From the NCBI RefSeq assembly GCF_009914755.1, contig NC_060943.1: a stretch of DNA of 64,000 bases, one strand, 5' to 3'. Made by a program: the position numbers and the translations under genes. The DNA is from the human T2T-CHM13v2.0 reference genome, Homo sapiens. Positions 49,997 to 64,000 of this stretch are shown one piece after another (the stretch's first letter is position 1; the number at the start of each line of letters is the position of its first letter). The notes under the pieces are model-generated. The model did not search any database and had not been told where the DNA came from. It worked only from the letters and a program-made list of their open reading frames with translations.

Positions 49997-50376
49997 TTAT
50001 GCAGTGGTCATGCATTGAAGTAGTGGTGTGCATAGAGGAGCTGGTCCTGCTTCCAGGCTGTGCTCAGAATCCTTGGATGTGAGTCACCATGAAGTGAGGG
50101 TGAGAACAGCAACGGGGTAGCAGCTGTTCCTTTCTAGCCACCAGGAGTGAGGAGTAAGGGGGAGGGCAAGGGTAGTCAGAGCCCAACAGGGATGGGGTTT
50201 TCCAAGAGAATCACATGAAACAGACTATGAAAGTGGAGTGTGTGCAGAAAGAATCCATTTCACAGATTGACCCTAGAAGGTGACTTGGATGTGGGAGTGA
50301 AGTTTTGATAAAAATGGTGGAATCAATGGAGCATTGGTCCTTAAAGGATAAAAGAATGTTGGTATCAGGAGAGGAG

Positions 50377-50716
50377 GATAAGTCATCTGTTAGGTAGGAT
50401 GTGATGTTGGAGATGGGAATGGGATGCTGGAAATGAGGGGAATGAATGATCTTGGTTATTGATAAGTCATCTGTTAGGTAGGATGTGATGTTGGAGATGG
50501 GAATGGGATGCTGGAAATGAGGGGATTGAGTGATCTTGGTTATTGATAAGTCATCTGTTAGGCAGGATGTGATGTTGGAGATGGGAATGAGATACTGGAA
50601 ATGAGGGGATTGAGTGATCTTGGTTATTGATAAATCATCTGTTAGGTAGGATGTGATGTTAGAGATGGGAATGGGATGCTGGAAATGAGGGGATTGAGCG
50701 ATCTTGGTTATTGATA
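50377..50716. repeat. 84-bp minisatellite x4 in module E
   Basis: gataagtcatctgttagg starts at 50377, 50461, 50545, 50629. Confidence 0.95.
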
Positions 50717-51019
50717 ATGACAAGGCAGGTAGGAGCGGGTGGCTTAGGGAGATTGAACAAAAGCCTTGGAGGAGAGGAGGTCAATATGGTGATGGTCAAA
50801 CATGTTGGGAGGATCATCTGTATCATGTATTCTCTTCCAGGGTAACACTGAAAATTTGGTAGGATATTCTTTGTTGTGGCAGGGAGGGTTGTGCTAGGCA
50901 GTGTGGGTTGCTCAGGGGCATTCCTGGATTCTCAGCAGCTCTCCACTCCTGTGATGACTAAAAACTCCTTCAGACACTGCCAACTATCTCCTAGGGGCAC
51001 GAGGGCTAGCCCAAGCCTG

Positions 51020-52470
51020 AGGGTGGAACAACACAGAAGCCCTGGAAACCCTGCTCTAGGAGGTGCCAGACCCCTCTCCTTGGATGTCCCGAGACAGGCT
51101 GGAGGAGCAGGTGATGGGGGTGTGGGCTCAGGAACAGGCAGCCTGGAGACCTCCCATCTCTGAGCCCAGTGCTTTCTGTAAAACATGGACACTCCTAGGA
51201 ACTTGCTCACAGCCAAGGCTGCTGGGGATGGTTGTGTGTATTTTCCCCTGCAGTTAGATTCCTGTCCATAGAGCTGACCAGAATTTGAAATCCAGCCTGC
51301 ACTCTCTCTACAGTTATGCCCACACCCTAGCTGAAGAATCTCACCAGAGCCATACCACTGAAACTGTCTTTGCAAAAATTACAACAGCAAAAATTATGAC
51401 AGTGAAAGAGATCTGATCTAACCGATCCCCATCTTGCCTTTAACCTCCAAAGTGCCTAGATCAGTGCTGAGTTTAGGCCAAGTTAATCTGGGGAGAGGTT
51501 TTAATTCATAATTTAAGTGATAGTAGCCCTTCCCCCCAGAAACCAAAACTGCCTTTGTAAAGCTAAAGAAAGGCCACCAGGTTAGGAGGATGAGCCTGAA
51601 TTCTGCTCAGGTGTAGACTTAAATGGTAACCAGGAGTCTGGAGGTCATAAGATTTGCCACTTCCACAATTACCTCTGCAGATAACATCGCTCTTGTAGAA
51701 CCTAAGATTGGCCTTTTGAAATGTCTTTTCAGGTTTTTGCATTTCCGATGGCCAGTGGCTCCATTCGAATCTGTCAACCCACCAACTGGTCCTTTAGCCC
51801 CACCCAGAAGTGGAGTCCCTGGCCCACCAAACTAGCCTTGAAAAACCCTAACCTTTGAATTTTCAAGAAGATTGATTTGAGTAATAACTGTCTCCCACGC
51901 TGCGTGGCCAGCCTCATATCAATAAACTCTTTGTTGTAGTGTCATGGCCTCAGTGAATTGTTTTTTGCTTGTTTGTTTTGTTTTTTCGTTTTCATTTTTG
52001 TTTTTGAGATGGAGTCTTGCTTTGTCGCCGAGGCTGAAGTGCAATGGTGCGATTGCGGCTCACTGCAACCTCCGCCTCCTGGGTTCAAGCGATTCTCCTG
52101 CCTCAGCCTCTTGAGTAGATGGGATTAGAGGCACCCACCACCATGCCTGGCTAAGTTTGTATTTTTAGTAGAGATGGGGTTTCACCACATTGGTCACCTG
52201 CTCTCAAACTCCTGACCTCAGGTGATCCGCCTGCCTCAGCCTCCCAAAGCGCTGGGATTACAGGCATGAGCCACCGTGGCTGGTGTCTCGGTGAATTGCT
52301 TTTTTCTGTGCAGTCAGCAGGAAGAACCAGCCCATCAGGAGGTTACACCATTGCAGATCAATCCAAAGTCCTACAGCCTTCCGCGGCCACGTGCTCATTA
52401 ATAAAATTTGGGGCACAAATTCTTTTCAAAGAACAAACAAGAAAGTGACACAGCAATTTTTAGGGTCTCA
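51020..52470 (+). repeat. Module A copy 4, split by LTR8
   Basis: ctgtaaaacatggacactcctaggaacttgctcacagcc; resumes at 52348. Confidence 0.8.
51359..52347 (+). mobile_element. LTR8-family ERV1 solo LTR with antisense AluS (~51960-52284)
   Basis: Starts TGAAACTGTCTTTGCAAAAATT...GACAGTGAAAGAGATCTGATCTAACC, ends GGTTACA; 4-bp flanks ccac/ccat. Confidence 0.85.
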
Positions 52471-52540
52471 TTTTTTTATCTTTCTTCTCATTTGAGGCAA
52501 TGCGTATGATTTTATCAAATGCTATCAAGCCCATTTGCCA

Positions 52541-52554
52541 CAGCTAGATGGCAC
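52541..52554 (+). promoter_or_regulatory. CTCF-like motif CAGCTAGATGGCAC
   Basis: Same cassette position as 15453. Confidence 0.5.
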
Positions 52555-53095
52555 TGTGGAAGCATTCGAAAGTAAATAGGCATTCCTAGTTAAAAATCTG
52601 GCAAACTACACAGGATATAAAATTTACCATATACTCCATATTTTGCTAATATTAATTCATAAGCAAAGACTTTCAAGTTTGTTTTAAATTTTTGAATAAA
52701 AATGGGTTAAATTATTACATAATTCAATATTTATATTTTAATCATTTTTAAGTGTGTAATTCAGTGTCATTAATTGCATTCACATTATTCACAAACATCA
52801 CCACCTTCCATACCCAGAGTAGTTTTCATATTGCAAAACCGGAATTCTGTACTCACGAAACACTAACTCTCCGTTCCTTCTCTCTTCGCCCCTGGGAACC
52901 GCCATTGTACTTTCTGTTTTTATAAATTAGACTAGCTTGGGTACCTTATGGAAGTGGAATCATAGAGAGTTGTCGCTTTGGGACTGGCTTATTCCCCTTG
53001 GCATCGTGCTCTAAAGTTCTTCCGTGTCGTAGCATGTGCCAGGGTTTTATTTCTTTGTAAGGCTCAGTAATATTCCATCGCATGCAAAAACCACA

Positions 53096-53412
<317 letters not shown>

Positions 53413-53799
53413 AAAAACCACAGTTTGTTTACCCATTATCCACTCCTCCCTTGATGGACACTTCAGTTTCTCTACTTTTGACTATTATGAATAAAGCTGC
53501 TATAAACACGAGAGTACAAATATCTCTTTAAAACACTGTTTTCAATTTTTGGGGGTATATACCCAGATGAGGACACAGGTGGATCATCTGGTAACTTTAT
53601 TAAGAATTTAACGGAAACCATCTCACTTCCAAAGCCCCTGTACCACATCACATTCCCAACAACAGGGCGGAAGGCTTCTTATTTTTCCATAGCCTGCCAA
53701 CACTTGTTATATTCTGTTTTATGGATAATAGCCATGTTAATAATGTGTGGTGGTTCCTTCTTTCTCTTAAAATCTATTTTTTCGATTTTTCAACAATGA

Positions 53800-54320
53800 C
53801 AATTATTGAATAATGGGATATGTGTGTCTGCTGGGCACCGTGCAATTTCTCGAACTTTCGAATCAGATGGGGCCATGCCACCCTCACTCCTCATTCTCAC
53901 TGATTTTCACTGGGGGATTGCTTTTCTTCACAGCAAGCACTGACACCTCAGCTTCACAGAGACATTGTGTCAGCCCAGGAAATGTAGAGAGACCAAATGC
54001 AGAATCTGTGAACCATTGGAGCTGGTAGTTTCCGTGGCCTCGGATGCGGAATGTTGCTGTTCTCCCCTCAATTTTAATGTATCCAGGGATCCTCTGCAGA
54101 CAATTGCAGGTATGAAGATAGAAGAGCAGGAAGGCAGTAGGTCTTCATTGCAGGGGGAGAGAATGGAGGAGCTGGTCTGGTTGCCAAGCAATGCTCAGTG
54201 TCTTTGGACATGAGTCACCATGGAAACTGAGTGACAACTGGCAGTGGGGGAGGGGCTGTTCTGCCCCAGCCAAATGCAGCTGCACAGAATTTAAAAAGTG
54301 ATGTGGGTATTTCACAGTTT
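53800..54320 (+). promoter_or_regulatory. Module B copy, X-boxes GTTGCCAAGCAAT (54180-54192) and GTCACCATGGAAAC (54214-54227)
   Basis: 34-bp spacing as in the 26.0k and 39.0k copies. Confidence 0.55.
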
Positions 54321-54479
54321 CTTGAATCAATAACGTCTCATTTGTACACTCTGATGGTCTCCATTTGTAATTTCTTGTTCATTATTGGTGTATCTCTTAG
54401 GCCAGTAATTTCCAAATGTAGTAAATCAAGATCTTTGTAAGGGTTCCACAACTTCAAACTATTTTTCTAAAAACATTAA

Positions 54480-54812
<333 letters not shown>

Positions 54813-55159
54813 TAATATTTTATTTGGCTTTTTTCCTTCTCATTTTCTCTGCATGATATAATTTATGAGTAGATTGAGGAAATCTATCTCTCTTCTATTT
54901 AGGAGGAAATTAAAGGGATTTGCAAAAATGTAAAACAATACCACCTTTACCTTTACTAAGATTTTATTTGAAAAATATTAATGTTGTTCATAAAATGTGG
55001 GTTCTTTTAACATATAATAGATTTGTTGCTGTTTTTAAGTTTAAAATTGAACAATTTCTCTTCTTTTATTTATAACATGACTAATATAGGAGATATAAAC
55101 TGTAGAAAGAAACATTCTTCGGGGATTTCTCAATAATATTTAAGAGTATTGGGATTCTG

Positions 55160-56265
55160 TCGATGACACAAATGGAGGGAAAATCATTCCATGCTCAAGG
55201 ATTGGAAGAATCAATATCATTAAAATGGCTATACAACACAAAGTAAACTACAGATTCAACGTTATTCCTATCAAATGACCAATGTAATTCTTCACATAAT
55301 TGGAAAAAACAATCTGAAGCAGCAAGAACAAAGTTGGAGGTATCACATTACCCAACTTCAAACTGTAAGACTACAGTCGCCAAAACAGCAGGGTACTGGT
55401 ACAAAAACACACGTAGACCAATGAAACAGAGCAGAGAACCCAGAAATAAAGCTACTCACCTACAGCCGTCTAATCTTTGACAAAGTTGACAAAAAAAAAA
55501 AAGCAATCCAAAAGGACTCTCTATTCAATAAATTGTGCTGGGATCACTGGCTAGCCATATGCAGAAGAATAAAACTGGACCCCTACATTTCACCATATAC
55601 AAAAATTAACTCAAGGTGGAATAAAGATTTAAACGTAACACCTCAAGCTATACAAATCCTAGAAGAAAATCTAGAAAACACCATTCTGAACTTGGGCCTT
55701 GGGAAATAATTTATGACTAAATTCTCAAAAGCTATTGCAACAAAAACAAAAATTGACAAGTGGGACCTAATTAAACTAAAGAGCTTCTGCGCAAGAAAAA
55801 AACTTTCAACAGAGTAAACAGGCAACCTACAGAATGGGAGAAAATATTCACAAACTGCATCTGAAAAAGGTCTAATGTCAAAAAATCTGTAAGGAACTTA
55901 AACAACTAAACAAGGAAAAACCAAATAACCCCATTAAAAATTGGCAAAAGATATGAACAGACGCTTCTGAAAAGATGATATATAAGCAGCCAACAAATAT
56001 ATGAAAAAATGTTTATAATCGCTAATCATCAGAGTAATGCAAGTCAAAACCACAATGAGACATCATCTCACACGAATAAGAATGGCTATTAATAAAAAGT
56101 CAAAAAACAGTAATCGCTGGTGATGCTGTGGAGAAATGGAAACACTTACACACTGTTGGCAGGAATGTCAATTAGTTCAGTCACTGTGGAGAGCAGTTTA
56201 GAGATTTCTCAAAGAACTTCGAACAGAACTACCATTTGACCCAGCAATCCCATTACTGAGTATAT
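55160..56265 (+). mobile_element. L1PB/old L1PA ORF2 3' portion
   Basis: attggaagaatcaatatcattaaaatggc...tgggacctaattaaactaaagagcttctgc...gacccagcaatcccattactg. Confidence 0.9.
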
Positions 56266-56267
56266 AC

Positions 56268-57374
<1,107 letters not shown>

Positions 57375-57579
57375 TTATTTGAGGTGTATAATTGTTTTCT
57401 TAGCCAGTATGCATGTTTTAAATTTAGGACAATTTATCATTAACTATAGAAATTATAAAGGTAATTAAACCCATATTACTCATGTTCTGAACCAAGAAAG
57501 CAGCATATTTGGCATTCTAAATACTTACAAAACATAAAAGACTGCTAGAGCAACAAGTCAGCCTTGTAATTAAATATGA

Positions 57580-58570
<991 letters not shown>

Positions 58571-58639
58571 CAAAAAGAGCATGAGTGTTCTAAAATAAAA
58601 GGTTTGAGGATTACTCTCCTAGAATAAATTTCTAGATAC

Positions 58640-58900
58640 AGTTTCACTGAATAGAAGGAAATACACCATTTGTGGTTTCTGATACATGATGTCAAATTGT
58701 GACAATGCTTTTCAGTAGTGTACCTGGGCCCCGAATTCTCATGGGGAATGTAATCCAGCCTGTATGACTTTTCCCAATTTGCCAGCCTGCCTCCCATAAT
58801 AGACCCAGTGATGGAATGTCTATGAGAAGCATGCTTGGGCTCCTGTTACCTGGACTTCAAAAGATATCTTCTAATATAAAAACTTTTAGAGTTGTCAAAA
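58640..58900 (+). promoter_or_regulatory. Module F copy, TTCTCATGGGGAATGTAATCC (58736-58756)
   Basis: Homologous to 9421. Confidence 0.45.
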
Positions 58901-59310
58901 GAGATGGTAGATTGCATATACCTGGGTTTACCAACCACGGCCCCAACATTCATTACATGGATGATTATGAGCCAGACACGTGCCCTTTCTGAGCCTTGCT
59001 TCTTGCACCTGGAAATACAGGATGAGGTTGGTAAGAACTTGACAAAATACATTCTAGGTGCTTAAAAAATCATTGCTGGGATTTGTTTTTTTGTATTTTC
59101 ACAATAAATATGAAAACAGTTTTAATTTAATGATTATGAACAAAAAAGGATGAAAACCAATAGTCAGTTTCTTTGTAAAATTTTCCCCAGCCAGTCTATC
59201 ATCAAGTGTTTAAATAATTCCCTCCTTACAACTGTTGGAGTAGGTGTCACATCTCTTGATTTCCATAACTTCTGGTGCTGTAACTGGCTGTTTGCTGTTT
59301 TCCCTATCAG

Positions 59311-59383
59311 GCCATAAACTTCTTGAGAGTTTGTACTGTGTCTTGACAACCTGTTTCACTAGTGCTTTGCATCCAAGAAGCAG
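59311..59383 (+). ncRNA. Candidate non-coding exon C, copy 4 (73 nt)
   Basis: ttttccctatcAG acceptor, CAG|GTGAAT donor. Confidence 0.45.
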
Positions 59384-59751
59384 GTGAATATTTTTCTGGT
59401 GAAGCCCTTGATTAATCAGTACAGCCCCACCATTGGCTGAGATCTGTCCGTGGTCCTGAAGGTCACACTTGAGACTATTAACTCATTCACAGGAAAGGGA
59501 GGCAGCTGATTCTAGCTGACTTGTGCAAAGGTGATCTCCACATACATTCGTGGAATAAAGTGAGGACAAGCTTTATTGTTTAGTGAAAAGGGAAGGCCAC
59601 AAATGAGTTCATGGCATGTCCACAATCCCACATAAAGTCTGGTTTTATGTTTATTCCATCACTCAACAGTCACTTAGCAAATGCTGTGTTAGGGAAAGTG
59701 TGGGGGCGGGGTGGAGGCAGAGGAAAAAAAACAGAAATAATGCATATGTGA

Positions 59752-60176
<425 letters not shown>

Positions 60177-61404
60177 TGACTGCTAAGTAATTGTGCTATC
60201 AGGAGACCCTGAAGAAATAAGACTATATTGAAGAATAGATAAGAAGAAATAGAAAAATATAAGAGAAAGAGAAAATATAGGGAGGTTGTAATATGAGAGA
60301 AAGGATGAGAAAGTGAAAGAGAGGAAGAAGAGCATATTCAGATAGAAGGAAATTCTAGGAGAGAAATAGAGGTGAATTATTTCTCTCTAGGAGAGAAATA
60401 GAGGTGACATGAGCCTCTGTGTGGGCCTTGAATGAGCCACCCCCAGGACCTTTGCACGTGCTGTTCCCACTGCCACCCGGGTCTTCACAAGATTCCTCCT
60501 GTCTTCACACAGGGCTCTGATCAGAGGTCACCTCTCATGGAAGCGGTCCCTGACTGCTGTCCCCAAAAGCCCTTCAAGCACCTCCTGCATTCCACTCATC
60601 ATGAGGCTGACTTTTATTTCTCCCTGTTTCTGCCTGTACTTACAGTGGAATATAAACTCAATGAACAATGGTAGAAATAAGAAACTCCTGTTTTGAGATT
60701 CTTCTGGTGCCAGGAGATTGTTACTGGAGATGGAAAAGGCCCGAAGGACAAAAATAAAACTATACCTGATTTCCTGTTAATCATCATTCAAAATGTTCAC
60801 TTCCTGGTGTGGCGTATGTGAAGGAACGAGGAATAAAATGCCAACGGGCAAAGGAGAGTTGGAGGTCTGAGCATAGAAAAGCAGGAGAGCAGTGGGTATT
60901 CCTGGCAGGGAGAGTGAACAGAGGGGCTGGTCTTGTTTCCAGGCAGTGCTCAGCGTCCTTGGAGAGGGGCCACCGTGAAGTTAGGGTGAGAGCAGGCAAG
61001 ATGAGGGCAAGGCTGTTCCTCCCCAGCCACCTGCAGCTGGAGGACTGAGGGATGGAGAAGGTAGTGTCAGAGCTCCGCGGGGATGGAGCTTTCCAAGGGA
61101 ACCACATGAAGCAGAATATAAAAAGAGATTCAATTGTGTGCATAAAGTACTGATTCTACTGATTGACCATGAAAGGTGACCTAGAGGTAAGGTCAAGATC
61201 AGTGGAAGATGGTTGTATGAATGGCGTGTTGGTCCCCAAGAGATGAATGGATGTTGGCATCAGATGGGAAGGGGGGGTCCCCCGGAAGGCAGGACGTGAT
61301 GCTCCAGATGGGATGCTTGAACGGAGGGGATGGTGTGATACTCTTTTTGTTTGTTTGTTTGTTTGTTTTGTTTTAAAAGTCTAAGTTTATTATGGGTCAA
61401 CTTG

Positions 61405-61810
61405 ATTCTTTTTTATTATTATTATACTTTAAGTTTTAGGATACATATGCACAACATGCAGGTTTGTTACATATGTATACATGTGCCATGTTGGTGTGCT
61501 GCACCCATTAACTCGTCATTTAGCATTAAGTATATCTCCTAATGCTATCCCTCCCCCCTCCCCCCACCCCACAACAGTCCCTAGTGTGTGATGTTCCCCT
61601 TCCTGTGTCCATGTGTTCTCATTGTTCAATTCCCACCTATGAGTGAGAACATGTGGTGTTTGGTTTTTTGTCCATGCGATAGTTTGCTGAGAATGATGGT
61701 TTCCAGCTTCATCCATGTCCCTACAAAGGACATGAACTCATCATTTTTTATGGCTGCATAGTATTCCATGGTATAAATGTGCCACATTTTCTTAATCAGT
61801 CTATCATTGT
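61405..61810 (-). mobile_element. Young L1PA 3' end
   Basis: tattatactttaagttttagg...catgtgccatgttggtgtgctgcacccattaactcgtc. Confidence 0.92.
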
Positions 61811-61924
61811 TTATTGGTAATGACAAGGTTGATGGGAAGTGGAAGGTTAAGGAAGTTTGGACAGGAAATTTGGGAGAGAGGAAATCAATGTGGAGATAGT
61901 GAAAAGTGGTGGGAGGATCACCTG

Positions 61925-62140
61925 TGTTAGTGTTCTTCCACCTCAGCATCATAGAAAATTTGGGCTGGAATGTTCTTTTATGCAGGATGGAGGAGGCCGT
62001 CCTGATTTTCTAGGGTGTTTGTCAGCATCCCTGCCTGCTACCCAGGGATGCTGGGTTCTCTTCAGTTGTGACCCCAAATGTTTATCCAAACTTGCCAAAT
62101 GTCTCCTATGGGCAAAATACCCCTGGTTGGGAACCACAGA
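61925..62140. mobile_element. MER20-like element (cassette component; also ~50835-51000)
   Basis: cacctcagcatc...tttgggctgg...gtcagcatccctg...ttgccaaatgtctcc...ggttgggaacca. Confidence 0.65.
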
Positions 62141-62249
62141 TTACAATACACATAACATTCACCTGTAAATTAGCGGGAAGTAATATTGGTGAGGATGACA
62201 GTTCACACCCACAGAGGACTAAGATCACAAAGAGTAAGGGTTTCGTGAG

Positions 62250-62740
62250 GATCTATGCACCAACCCTGTCTGTCATTTTCTGTAATTCTGATCCATGACA
62301 TCTGGGACCTTGCTGACTCCACAGGGATGATCTTGCCAGGTCTTGCCTATTCCGAAAGACAGCAGTCAGTTTCCTTGAGAGGGAGCCTTTCACGTGGAAA
62401 TGAATCCAGAGCCCACACCCCAACCAGCTTCTATGGAGCTGTCACACTCAGGGCCACTGTGACCTGCCCTGTCACCCAGGGCCATAACCATGGACAGCCA
62501 TGGGCTCTGCCCAGAGCCACTGAAATTATTCCAGGTAGTCAATCCTGAGCCTGCTCGTTTTGTCTCCCTTGTTTTTTCCTTCAGAAACCATAAGGAAGGC
62601 TCTTTGCCCACATGCTCCCCCATGAGCTTCTGCCTCTTGACAGACACTGGGGCTTCCCCTGCGGCCCCTCTTGGCCTGGTGTGCCCCCTCCTCTTGTGAA
62701 TGTCACAAGCTATTTTTGTTTTAGTGACAGTCATTTCCTA
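62250..62740 (+). mobile_element. MER74-like LTR
   Basis: gacatctgggaccttgctgac...aatccagagcccacacccc...ctgaaattattcc. Confidence 0.75.
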
Positions 62741-62744
62741 CTCT

Positions 62745-63044
62745 TTTTTTATTTTGTTTTGAGATGGAGGGAGTCTCGCTCTGTCGCCCAGGCTGGAGTG
62801 CAATGGCGCGATCTCGGCTCGCAACCTCCGCCTCCTGAGTTCGAACAATTCTCCTTCCTCAGCCTCCCAAGGAGCTGATATTACAGGCGCCAGCCACCAC
62901 ACTAGCTAATTTTTTTGTATTTTTAGTAGAGATAGGGTTTCATCATGTTGGCCAGGCTAGTCTTGAATTCCTGACCTCAAGCGATGTGCCCGCCTCAGCC
63001 TCCCAAAGTGCTTGGATTACAGGCGTGAGTCACTGCACCTGGCC
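62745..63044 (-). mobile_element. AluS
   Basis: Antisense dimer. Confidence 0.93.
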
Positions 63045-63199
63045 CTCCTGTTCTCTTTAATTGTTTTGTGTGAAACTTTGTGATGCAGGGAATTGCTTCC
63101 CGCAAGAATTCCTAAATTCCATTTTGTGAGAGTCCTTCAAAACCCAGAGGCATTTTCTCATACTACGTGTGTGTGTATGTGTGTGTGTGTGTGTGATTG

Positions 63200-63720
63200 A
63201 AGGGGAATTGGGAGATGACTCTTGAGTCTCAGGTCATTTACTTGCCCCATATTTACCTTATTGGGACCCTCCCTAAACCCAAACACCTAATCTCAAGGCT
63301 ACAGCAAGGCAGCAGCCCTGAAATCTCTCCTCTGGGAGGTACCAGCACCCAGCTGCTTGGATGCTCAGAGGCAGGATGGGAGCAGGTGACGGGGGTGTGG
63401 GCTTGGGACCAGACAGCCTGGAGACCTCCCCTCTGTGAGCCCACCATCCTCCTTTGTAAAATGCAGACACTCCTAGGACCTCGCTCACAGCCAGGGCTGC
63501 TGGGGATGGCTGTTTATGTTGTACCCTGCACTAGGGTCCTGTCCAAGGCAAGGGGAAAAATGTGAAACCCAGCCTGCTCTCCGCAGCTGTGTCCATGCAG
63601 AGCTGAGGGATTATTTTCAGGCATCCCACTGATCTATCCCACTTCCCACAGCCCACCCTGTACATAGGCACAGCCAGTGTAATTTGGGAAAAACTCATTT
63701 TAAACAAACAAAAAAATGTC
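63200..63720 (+). repeat. Module A copy 5, preceded by (GT)n at 63167-63195
   Basis: tgtaaaatgcagacactcctaggacctcgctcacagccagggctgctggggatgg. Confidence 0.85.
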
Positions 63721-64000
63721 CCAGCCAATACAACATACCCCTTTAAAAAGTACATTATTGTGTTTTTCTTTTCATTTGAAGCAATGTCTATGACATTGCA
63801 ACGTATATATAACTTAATATTTAACATTTTAACCATATTTAATTGTACAGTTCCCATATTAGGTGCATTCACATTGTTTTACTATGATCTCCGTTGTTCA
63901 TCTCCAATATTCTTTTCATCTTGAAAAACTGAAACTCTGTACCCACAAACAACTCCCTACTTCTCCCTCACACCTGTCCCTAACATCCACTTTCTTTCTT

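Noticed and set aside
50211-50723. 170-aa minus-strand ORF with 28-aa repeats
   Set aside because: Product of the 84-bp minisatellite; no equivalent ORF in the unamplified paralogues

Overview
Primate (human/great-ape-like) genomic DNA, very rich in Alu elements (about 50 copies), with no credible protein-coding gene. The long ORFs in the track come from Alu, L1, LTR or microsatellite sequence. Under the young repeats, ~7 kb to the window end is an ancient, diverged head-to-tail tandem array of a non-coding cassette. The anchor module recurs at ~14.7, 21.0, 36.4, 51.0 and 63.3 kb. The cassette keeps a fixed module order: (GT)n, MIR-derived module A, CTCF-like motif, L1M, module B with paired RFX X-box-like motifs, Charlie1-like element, ZNF143-like promoter module F, MIR, a ~70-nt non-coding exon C with conserved splice sites, stem-loop module D, a second B-like module, L2-like sequence, MER20 and MER74. 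Later insertions differ between copies: an ancient ND5/ND6 NUMT, solo LTR5, LTR13 and LTR8, L1PA pieces, Alus and three newborn minisatellites. I could not identify the locus from sequence alone. A chr19q13.4 gene-poor interval such as PEG3/MIMT1-USP29 is only a guess. Repeat family names are recognised from memory of consensus sequences, and boundaries are approximate unless a TSD is quoted.
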